Source: an uncultured delta proteobacterium (GTDB lineage Bacteria; Desulfobacterota; Desulfobacteria; Desulfobacterales; JAFDCJ01). From it: a stretch of 64,000 bases of DNA. A model generated the notes under the pieces. The model was not told the DNA's origin, ran no database searches, and worked only from the letters and a program-made list of their open reading frames with translations. This document shows, piece after piece, positions 47,714 through 56,650 of the stretch (the first letter of the stretch is position 1; every line of letters begins with the position of its first letter). The stretch is from assembly GCA_963769935.1 (NCBI GenBank), contig CAVYNY010000021.1:32001-96000 (forward strand), written 5' to 3'. A program made the translations under genes and the position numbers.

Positions 47714-47914
47714 TCAATTACTTAAACGATTTTTCTGATTTTGACGGTGCTTCTTTTTTGGTTCAAACGCCAGACAGTTATTGCCTTGCATGATACGCCG
47801 CACATCCATCATGGGCAGTCGTCGGCTTTTGAAGCCCATGGCGCGGCACCCATGGGGATGGCTCACTTCCCAGGTCACAAAATAATGAATACATCTGCAG
47901 CAGGTTGGGGGCAT
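47714..47914 (-). CDS. Small Cys-rich protein
   Basis: CCRCIHYFVTWE...PHGC..MGFKS...P...V......C..F pattern; last gene of the flagellar run. Confidence 0.75.
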   Translation of the reverse strand: MPPTCCRCIHYFVTWEVSHPHGCRAMGFKSRRLPMMDVRRIMQGNNCLAFEPKKKHRQNQKNRLSN

Positions 47915-48123
47915 TCGTTCGTTGGGTTTATAGTGTTTATTGCGTTTACTTAGTTGATCGTGATGAATCTTTGGGTTTTGATCGTTTAGATCGTTATGAT
48001 CGTTATGATCGTTTAGTTCGTTATGATCGTCGCCTTAGTTTTCAACCTATTCAACGCAACCAGCCCAGTAAACTTTCACTCGACATTCGGCATTCGGCAT
48101 TCATCATTTGTCAATCGTCATTC
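47915..48123. repeat. Mosaic of 9-, 8- and 7-bp tandem repeats
   Basis: GTTGGGTTT/ATAGTGTTT/ATTGCGTTT; GATCGTTTA/GATCGTTAT units; CATTCGG units. Confidence 0.75.
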
Positions 48124-48125
48124 CG

Positions 48126-48617
48126 CTAACGGTCCCCCGCGCGGTATCTTCGGTTTCCCCCGGTATCAACGACTATCCCCATATTCCGGAGCAGATCGAA
48201 TGCCTCCTCACGCTGGGAGTTGTATCCTTCCCCGCTGACCGCAATGACCGCCTGAATGACTTCATCGCTCAATCCGGCTTGTTTGAGCTCGATTACATCC
48301 TGCGCACTGGTAAACCGCAGGGACTTCATCTGCTGGCCGTAAATGATGGGTTCTGAGGCTTTTAAAAAAGAACTTTCCCGCATCAGCATTCGGAGGGTTT
48401 CTTCCCCCAGACCGGCTTTCTTCATATGCACGATGTCATCGACGCTGAATGCGGCTGTTTCGATCACCTTCTCTTCAGCAATTATCTGGATGGTCAAATC
48501 GCTGATACCGGCTTTTTTCAGCTCAACGACATTTTTGCCGCTCAAGCCTGCGGCCGGGTGGGCGGCAATGAAAAGCATGTTCAAAAAAATTGCAGCGACG
48601 ATTGCTTTTTTTTTCAA
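48126..48617 (-). CDS. Exported protein with three S..D(V/I).E(L/M)K.AG(L/I) repeats
   Basis: Signal peptide; NVVELKKAGISD, DIVHMKKAGLGE, DVIELKQAGLSD. Confidence 0.8.
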   Translation of the reverse strand: MKKKAIVAAIFLNMLFIAAHPAAGLSGKNVVELKKAGISDLTIQIIAEEKVIETAAFSVDDIVHMKKAGLGEETLRMLMRESSFLKASEPIIYGQQMKSLRFTSAQDVIELKQAGLSDEVIQAVIAVSGEGYNSQREEAFDLLRNMGIVVDTGGNRRYRAGDR

Positions 48618-48626
48618 AACGTCACC

Positions 48627-49538
48627 TTATTTCAAAAAATCCATCAGATTCGGCTGAACGATCTTGGCCGCCGCCGCCAGGGTGGTTTCGTAGGCAAGTC
48701 CAAGGTTTGTTAATTCCAAAGCCGTTTGCGTAATGTCGGCCTGTTCGGTATCAGCCAGCGCGTCTTGCACCTTGGGCTTTAAATTGTCCCAGTATTCACC
48801 GGTATACTGCAGACGGTACAAGGCCGGAGCATATTCGGCGCGCCGGTCATTTATTTGCTGCCGGGCGTCGTAAAGGGGGCTGACTGTAGCCTGGATTTGA
48901 GCGCTGCCGGCCACTGGATCGGCGTTTTCCAAGCCATCGATCAAATTTTTCAACTCGTCGAATAAATTAACCCCACCATTGGCCGCATTTTGAAATATGT
49001 TGCGGCCGTCGGCATCGATGCCAATTTCTACGTTTTCACCGACCATAAGCCGCATCTGACCGTCATCACCATGATAGGTGGCATTATAATCGGCATCGTG
49101 GGAAAAAGGTGCCGTATCAGTGGCGTGGCCGGCAAAAATATAATTATTATTAAACTTTGAGTTGGCCAGAGATTCGAGCTGATCGTAGAGGTCTTTTATC
49201 TGCTGGGCAATGAGTTTTTTTTCCTCCGGGGTGACCCCCACACCGGAGTAATTTTCAGCCATTTTCTGGGCGGTGAGGACCAGGTCGGAAGCAAAGTCCA
49301 GGGTCTGCTCGTTGGATTCAAGCAGGCTGACTCCCTGATCAATATTATCTTTATACTGGTCGATGGTCGCAATTTTAGCTCGATAACCGAGCACCTGCCC
49401 CATCCCGATGGGATCATCGGAAATTTTATTGATGCGCTTTTGCGATGCAATCTGCTGCTGGGCCTTGAGAATATCGCCGGCTTGTTGATGAATGTTGCGG
49501 ATAAAAGTGTTAATCGTAATTTTTGGGGTTACCCTCAT
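48627..49538 (-). CDS. flgL: Hook-filament junction protein FlgL
   Basis: MRVT, KRINKISDDP, YIFAG...TAPF, Y.GD, NLMDFLK; follows flgK. Confidence 0.93.
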   Translation of the reverse strand: MRVTPKITINTFIRNIHQQAGDILKAQQQIASQKRINKISDDPIGMGQVLGYRAKIATIDQYKDNIDQGVSLLESNEQTLDFASDLVLTAQKMAENYSGVGVTPEEKKLIAQQIKDLYDQLESLANSKFNNNYIFAGHATDTAPFSHDADYNATYHGDDGQMRLMVGENVEIGIDADGRNIFQNAANGGVNLFDELKNLIDGLENADPVAGSAQIQATVSPLYDARQQINDRRAEYAPALYRLQYTGEYWDNLKPKVQDALADTEQADITQTALELTNLGLAYETTLAAAAKIVQPNLMDFLK

Positions 49539-49571
49539 GGGATCTCCTTCCGAACCCGGCCAAGCCGGAAT

Positions 49572-49702
49572 TGACTATTGAATATTGAAAATTGAATAAT
49601 TTTTGCAGTCGCTTCGCTCCGTCATTTCTTTGGAAAATTTTTTAAATCGATCCGCCACAGGCGAACCTCAAATATTCAATATTCAATTAAAAATCTTCAA
49701 TC
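49572..49702. repeat. Heptamer palindromic element between flgK and flgL
   Basis: GACTATTGAATATTGAAAATTGAAT...GTCGCTTCGCTCCG...GATCCGCCACAGGCG...AATATTCAATATTCAAT; homolog of 56481-56646. Confidence 0.8.
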
Positions 49703-49705
49703 TAT

Positions 49706-51400
49706 TTAAATCATATTCAATACCGTCTGCATCATTTCATCGGCGGTTGTAATCAATTTGGCGGCTGCCTGGTAGGCATTCTGGAATTTTACCAGATTGA
49801 TCATCTCTTCATCGATGGATACCCCGGAAATGGATTCCCGATAGTTTTCCAGTTGCCCCACCATCTGGTCCTGATGACTGTAATAGGAGTCGGCCTGCTG
49901 AACCGCGTTGCCGACATCCCCGATATAGGATTCATAGTAGGCGCCGAACGTGGCCGTATTGCCTTTCATGGTCATCGCGTTTTCTAAATTGGCAATGGCA
50001 ATGGCATTGCTGTTGTCCCCGGGTTTGTCGCCGGGTGTGGTATTGAAGCTCTGCGCCGCAGCAATCAGCTGATCATCCAGAACAATCGCCGGATTGACCA
50101 GCATCTCGGCTGCCGATGATCCGCCGGACAGCGTGACGGTGTCCGTGCCGGAACCCAGTGTCCAGGCTGCGGCCGGCGCGGCCGCCACCGCTGTAGCGAT
50201 GGTTGAATGGGCTTGCAGCGCCGCGGCGATTTGAGCCTGGGTCGAGACACCATCCTCAATGGCAATCCGAATGTCCCCGGTCACGGGGTCAGTCATCACG
50301 GTTTCGGATCCGGCGGTACCGCCGGCGACCAGCGTAATCGCGATATTACCTGCCCCGCCCTCTTCGGCGCTAACCGTCAGGGCAGAATCCAGCACACCCG
50401 AAGCGGTGGCGGCGCCGGTGAAAAAATCATTGCCGGTCGAACCATCGAGCCCGTAACCGCTCGCATGCAAGGTATTGACTGCTTCCATAAAACTTTGCGC
50501 CAGAGTGTCCAGCCGATTCAGATAGTTTCGAATGTCCAGATCTCTGGCATTCAGCCAACCCTTCATCTTGCCGCCGGAAATCGTGTCGGTAATGTCCACT
50601 GTGTTATCGGCCGCGTCCACCCAAACGACATTTTGATTGCCGGCAGAGTTTACCTGAGTTGAAAGTCGGTAGACATTGGTCCCTTCCACCAGCGGCTGTC
50701 CGCTGCCCACCGAGACCGTAACGCCGCCGTTGGCATTTTCAAAGCTGTCGATGTCGATCAGTTCGGAAAGGTCGTTCAATAACTGATCCCGCTGATCCCG
50801 GAAATCATTGGCCGTATCACCGCCGGCTTCCATTTGGACAATTTTTTGATTCAGACTGCCAATCTTCTCGGACAACAGATTGATTTCATCAACGTTGCCT
50901 TTGATCATGGTGTCAATGTCCGTTTGAACCGTTTGCAGATCCTGGTAGTTGTTGGAGAATGTCGTCGCCAGCGTTTCACTTTTGGCTACCAGCACGCTGC
51001 GTTCAACCGAACCGGAGGGGTTATTGGAAAGATCCTGCCAGGCATTCCAGAAATCGCTCATAACCTGACTCAATCCGTAGCCTCCGGATTCATCTGAAAT
51101 CATTTCCACCCTTTCGAGCATATCCTTGTTGGCTTCCCACTTACCCAGGCTCTGGGTTTCATTGTTGATCTGGACCCCCAGAAACCGTTGGTAGATCCTT
51201 TCGACTTCGATCGCATTCACACCGGTACCCACCGGTCCGATGCTGGAGTCGACGGGAAAATCGCTGGCCATATTCAACCGCTGCCGGCTGTAACCGGGGG
51301 TATTTATATTGGCAATATTGTTGCCGGTGACATAAATACCTTTCTGCTGGGCTGACAGCGCTTTGCTGCCGATACTGAGCACACCGAAGATATCCGTCAT
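49706..51400 (-). CDS. flgK: Hook-associated protein FlgK
   Basis: TGNNIANINTPGYSRQR, DFRDQRD, SGVSIDEEMINLVKFQNAYQAAAK; ATG 51400 just after the cheB stop. Confidence 0.96.
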   Translation of the reverse strand: MTDIFGVLSIGSKALSAQQKGIYVTGNNIANINTPGYSRQRLNMASDFPVDSSIGPVGTGVNAIEVERIYQRFLGVQINNETQSLGKWEANKDMLERVEMISDESGGYGLSQVMSDFWNAWQDLSNNPSGSVERSVLVAKSETLATTFSNNYQDLQTVQTDIDTMIKGNVDEINLLSEKIGSLNQKIVQMEAGGDTANDFRDQRDQLLNDLSELIDIDSFENANGGVTVSVGSGQPLVEGTNVYRLSTQVNSAGNQNVVWVDAADNTVDITDTISGGKMKGWLNARDLDIRNYLNRLDTLAQSFMEAVNTLHASGYGLDGSTGNDFFTGAATASGVLDSALTVSAEEGGAGNIAITLVAGGTAGSETVMTDPVTGDIRIAIEDGVSTQAQIAAALQAHSTIATAVAAAPAAAWTLGSGTDTVTLSGGSSAAEMLVNPAIVLDDQLIAAAQSFNTTPGDKPGDNSNAIAIANLENAMTMKGNTATFGAYYESYIGDVGNAVQQADSYYSHQDQMVGQLENYRESISGVSIDEEMINLVKFQNAYQAAAKLITTADEMMQTVLNMI

Positions 51401-51402
51401 AG

Positions 51403-52488
<1,086 letters not shown>

Positions 52489-52509
52489 TTATCAATCCTG
52501 TCGGAATTC

Positions 52510-52995
52510 CTATTTAATTGCCGATTCCGGAAGTTCTCCCTCGGTGAAAAGATACACATCACAATACCCGTCCTCCAGCATCAGCCGCACCACACAAGCG
52601 GGGGCGTCCCGGCTGATCAGTTCGCGCGCATCGAAGGCGGAAAGAGTTTCCGGAGTCCCGATGTTAAACTCCACCTGATCACCGGCGATTGCCGGCAGTA
52701 CATTGCCGCAGATGACATTGGTTAATTCTTTAAACGCATCCCGTTGCGCTTCACTGGAAATCTCCACATCATCTTCCAATCCCAGCATATTGGCAGCCAG
52801 TTCGGGAATGACGGATGTCGAGACGCGCACGATCAGAGAACCGCAGAATAATCCGCTGAATGCTACTCGTCCCGTCACGGCGGGTTCCGGGCCGTCCTGG
52901 CCGCGATCGTCGTCTGGAAAGGCAAACAAAAATGCCAGTCTCTCCAGAGTGTCATTGGTGACACCGGTTAAAATGTTTTTAAGCTGCTGCGTCAT
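52510..52995 (-). CDS. cheX: CheX-like phosphatase
   Basis: V.FSG...G.L, DAFKELTNVICGN (ExxN), IGTP. Confidence 0.8.
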   Translation of the reverse strand: MTQQLKNILTGVTNDTLERLAFLFAFPDDDRGQDGPEPAVTGRVAFSGLFCGSLIVRVSTSVIPELAANMLGLEDDVEISSEAQRDAFKELTNVICGNVLPAIAGDQVEFNIGTPETLSAFDARELISRDAPACVVRLMLEDGYCDVYLFTEGELPESAIK

Positions 52996-53377
52996 CGAAA
53001 ACTCCGTCTCCTAAAAAGTCTTTTACGGTATCGCGGATTACTTCCGGAGTGAACGGCTTATGAATAAAGCGGACCCCTTTGTCCTGCAACCGCTCGACCC
53101 GGGTTTTGCTGCCTTCGGTTGATACGACCACGATGGGAATATCTTTGAACTCGGGGTGTTCCAGCATGCGATTGATCATATCCTCGCCGTTCATCACCGG
53201 CATGTTGATGTCGGCGATGACTAGATCAATCCAGCTATGCTGGAGTGCATCGAGCCCTTCCCGGCCATTGGCGGCCTGGTGGATCTCACCCAGCTGAAGA
53301 CCGCTCAACCGAATGGTCTTTATGATCATCGACCGCATAACTCCACTGTCATCCACAACAAGGACATTCACTGCCAT
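52979..53377 (-). CDS. cheY: CheY-like response regulator
   Basis: VDDS, ADINMP, ST, KPF; inside the che cassette. Confidence 0.88.
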   Translation of the reverse strand: MAVNVLVVDDSGVMRSMIIKTIRLSGLQLGEIHQAANGREGLDALQHSWIDLVIADINMPVMNGEDMINRMLEHPEFKDIPIVVVSTEGSKTRVERLQDKGVRFIHKPFTPEVIRDTVKDFLGDGVFDDAAA

Positions 53378-53399
53378 GGTTAATCCTCAAAATTGAAAA

Positions 53400-54248
53400 T
53401 TATTTGGTAACCAAAACATCGGACAACTCTTCCACCCACTGCAGGGTCTGACTGGCCACCTTCTCCAGATGATGGGCCGTCAGCCCCAAACGTTTGACCG
53501 CTTCCCCTGAAGGTTTGTATTGCAGTCCGTCCCGGCCGACACCGACCCCGATCATCAGACACAACACATCGGCGATATGGACGATGTCCAGCATCGTATC
53601 TGCCTGAGCGGCGGATTCCGGATCATGGTGCCAGCGCACGGCGTTGACAAGCTCCGGCGGCAGTGACCACTTTCGGAGTATCTTGGCGCCGATATCGGCA
53701 TGATTGACTCCCAGGACCATATTTTCGGCCATTTCAAAAGAGACTTCCTGGGATAAGATATTTTCAATTTTCTTAAAATCATCCTGGACAAAATCACCCA
53801 GAACCAGTTTGCCGACATCGTGCAGCAGGGCCGCCGTAAATATCTCTTCGGCTGCTTCGATATTCAGTTCTTTTACCAGTCCTTCGGCCGCCACCGTTAC
53901 TGCAAGGGAGTGTCGCCACAGTTCCCCCGGGGACAAATCATAACCGGGCACCGGTCTATCCATCAGGGCACTGACACAGGAAGCAATCACCATTTGAATC
54001 AGACGCTTCAATCCCAATAGCAACACCGCCTGGCGCACCGAGCCGATCTTCGAGGGAATGCCGAAATAGGCCGAGTTGGCCAGCCGCAACAGGTTGGCTG
54101 TCAGGCCCGCATCCTGCCGCAAAATAAGCTCAATTTGAGTTACGTTAATATCCGAATCATTGATCAGGGCCAGCAGTTTCACCGCGGCTCCCGGCATGCC
54201 CGGAAATGAACTTAACTTGGATGCGATATTTTTGAGTTCTTGCGACAT
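53400..54248 (-). CDS. HDOD domain protein
   Basis: LLRLANSAYFG, LWRHS, LLHDVGKL. Confidence 0.93.
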   Translation of the reverse strand: MSQELKNIASKLSSFPGMPGAAVKLLALINDSDINVTQIELILRQDAGLTANLLRLANSAYFGIPSKIGSVRQAVLLLGLKRLIQMVIASCVSALMDRPVPGYDLSPGELWRHSLAVTVAAEGLVKELNIEAAEEIFTAALLHDVGKLVLGDFVQDDFKKIENILSQEVSFEMAENMVLGVNHADIGAKILRKWSLPPELVNAVRWHHDPESAAQADTMLDIVHIADVLCLMIGVGVGRDGLQYKPSGEAVKRLGLTAHHLEKVASQTLQWVEELSDVLVTK

Positions 54249-54282
54249 TCGATTCCCCTTCGCCTAATCCCTGGCCACCCTG

Positions 54283-55134
54283 CTAATTAAAGGTCAAAGC
54301 GCCTGATAATTCGTCTACCCATTGGGACACCCGCACTTTGATGTCTCCAAATTGAGCGATGTCCAGCCCCAGCCTCTCAATTACCGCCGGGGACAGATCG
54401 GCGGAAAAAGCTTCCGGCTCACTGTCGTTGCCGCCGGTCTGGCACAGCACATCGGCCAGATAAACAATATCGGTCGAGGGGCAGGACTTTTCAATAAAAT
54501 CAGGATCGTGATGCCAGCGTACGGCATCGATGACATCCCGCGGGAAAGACCATTGGGTTAAAATCTGGGCCCCGACTTCGGCATGGTCGGTGCCAAGCAC
54601 CATATTCTCGGCCACGACATACGGCACGCCGGAGTTGGCGATCTTTTCAATGGCCTCCTGTTCTTCTTTTACGAAATGGCCGAGGATCAGCTTGCCGATA
54701 TCATGCAGCAGCGCCGGGGTGAAAATATCTTCGGCCTCAATATTCTTCTTATCCTTGACCAACGCTTCCGAAGCAATCGACACGGCGATCGAATGCCGCC
54801 ACAGATCTCCCGGCGGCATATTATAGCCGGGAACCGGTTTGTCCATAACCGCATTGACACACGATGCAATGACCAGCTGGATCAATTTTTTCAGGCCGAG
54901 CAGCAGAACGGCTTGCCGGGTCGAGGCGACCTTGGAGGGAATTCCGAAATAGGCCGAATTGGCCAATCGCAGCACATTGCCCGTTAATCCCGGATCATGG
55001 CGCAGAACATCTTCAATTTCATCCACCGTGGTTTCCGGGTCTTCCAGCATCCTGAGCATCTTGGCGCCGGTGGCCGGCATGCTGGGAAACGATTTTATTC
55101 TGGATAGTATTTCATTCAAATTCGAATGGTTCAT
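54283..55134 (-). CDS. HDOD domain protein (paralog)
   Basis: VLRLANSAYFG, LWRHS, LLHDIGKL. Confidence 0.93.
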   Translation of the reverse strand: MNHSNLNEILSRIKSFPSMPATGAKMLRMLEDPETTVDEIEDVLRHDPGLTGNVLRLANSAYFGIPSKVASTRQAVLLLGLKKLIQLVIASCVNAVMDKPVPGYNMPPGDLWRHSIAVSIASEALVKDKKNIEAEDIFTPALLHDIGKLILGHFVKEEQEAIEKIANSGVPYVVAENMVLGTDHAEVGAQILTQWSFPRDVIDAVRWHHDPDFIEKSCPSTDIVYLADVLCQTGGNDSEPEAFSADLSPAVIERLGLDIAQFGDIKVRVSQWVDELSGALTFN

Positions 55135-55604
55135 AAATTCCTCTTATTCCCGCTGCTGGCGACTACCGTTTGTCCGGTCTCAATATCAAAATGAATGGTA
55201 CGGCTGGCCGTTCCGCCGACATCTTCCGTTTTCAGCAATATGTTGTTTTTCCAAAGCAATTTCTTGAGGACCGTATAGTTGCGCTCACCGATTTTAAACA
55301 TTTCATTCTTTCCCAAAGGATTTCCGCAGCCGGCCGCCTTGATGATCATGCGGGATTTCTGCCCGCCGATTTCATACAGCGCCTTGAATAGCGCCGGCAC
55401 CCCCGTATCAACGAACATAAAGGGATTGGCCTGCGCCTTGGCCGGATTAATTTTCGACAGCGGCAACATGGCATGCAACAGTCCGCCAATTTTTTGAACC
55501 GGATCATAAACCATCAGCCCCAGGCAACTTCCCAGCGCATGCGTCACGATAGTGTCAGAATTGCGCCCGATTTTCATATCTCCCACTGCAACGATGTATC
55601 TCAT
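55131..55604 (-). CDS. cheD: Chemoreceptor glutamine deamidase CheD
   Basis: LGSCLG, HAMLP, IGERN, EDVGG. Confidence 0.93.
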   Translation of the reverse strand: MRYIVAVGDMKIGRNSDTIVTHALGSCLGLMVYDPVQKIGGLLHAMLPLSKINPAKAQANPFMFVDTGVPALFKALYEIGGQKSRMIIKAAGCGNPLGKNEMFKIGERNYTVLKKLLWKNNILLKTEDVGGTASRTIHFDIETGQTVVASSGNKRNL

Positions 55605-55632
55605 GTGCTTCTAATCAGACCTTTATAGATGG

Positions 55633-56448
55633 CTATTTCCGATAGGTGGCCGGTCGCATGTACCGGAATTCGTGGCTAATTGACGACAGGCCCTCCGAGT
55701 GGCCGACAAAGAGATAGCCACCTGGCTCCAGCAATTCATAGAAACGATGGATCAGCTGCTGCTGGGTCGGTCTGTCAAAATATATCATTACGTTGCGACA
55801 GAAGATCACATTAAACGGTCCCTTCATCGGCCATGGTTCCAAAAGATTCAACCATGCCAGCCGCACCATTTTCCGGATACACTCGGCAACGCGATAGCTG
55901 CCCCCCTGTTGAGCGGTCAGTCTGGTGAAATATTTTTTAAACTGCGGGGAAGGCAGACTTTGCACTGTTTCCGCCGGATAAACGGCCAGCCGTGCTTTCT
56001 CCAGCATTCGCCTGGATATATCCGATGCCAGGATCAGGGCGTCCCTGGTATCGATGTCCGACATATGTTCCCGCAGCCAGATGGCAAGAGTATACGGCTC
56101 CTCGCCGGATGAACAGGCGGCGCTCCAGAATCGCAGTCGACGGCTTTTGAGTTCGGGCAAAATTTGATCCCGCAGGTAATTAAAATGTTCGGCTTCTCTA
56201 AAAAAGCTGGTTTTGTTGGTCGTCATGACATCAATGAATAAAGCCTGTTCATGACTGCCCTCGACACTCTCGATGTAATCCAGATACTCCTGAACGTTAA
56301 AAATCCCCCGGGCCCGCAGCCGCTTTGCCAGACGCGCCCGGACTAGGGCTTCTTTGCCTTTTTTCAGATTGATGCCGCTGGATCGGTAGACAATCTCACT
56401 GATCTTTCTGAATTGTTCTTCCTTCAGCTGCACGGCCATCAAGTTCAT
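55633..56448 (-). CDS. cheR: Chemotaxis methyltransferase CheR
   Basis: TTNKTSFFRE, WSAACSSGEEPY, IFCRNVMIYFD, GHSE. Confidence 0.97.
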   Translation of the reverse strand: MNLMAVQLKEEQFRKISEIVYRSSGINLKKGKEALVRARLAKRLRARGIFNVQEYLDYIESVEGSHEQALFIDVMTTNKTSFFREAEHFNYLRDQILPELKSRRLRFWSAACSSGEEPYTLAIWLREHMSDIDTRDALILASDISRRMLEKARLAVYPAETVQSLPSPQFKKYFTRLTAQQGGSYRVAECIRKMVRLAWLNLLEPWPMKGPFNVIFCRNVMIYFDRPTQQQLIHRFYELLEPGGYLFVGHSEGLSSISHEFRYMRPATYRK

Positions 56449-56480
56449 GTCTCTTACCTTTTCCGGCCAGGCCGGGATGG

Positions 56481-56646
56481 ACTATTGAATATTGAAAATC
56501 GAATATTGAATATTTGTGGAAGTCGCTACGCTCCGGCATTTTTTATTTATACCCACATAGCGTTCTGTACCTGGATGGAAATTTTTAAAATTGATCCGCC
56601 GCAGGCAGACCTTAAATCTTCAATTTTCAATCTTCAATTTTCAATT
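56481..56646. repeat. Heptamer palindromic element between cheA and cheR
   Basis: ACTATTGAATATTGAAAATCGAATATTGAATATTTGTGGAA...CCTTAAATCTTCAATTTTCAATCTTCAATTTTCAATT. Confidence 0.8.
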
Positions 56647-56650
56647 GTTG

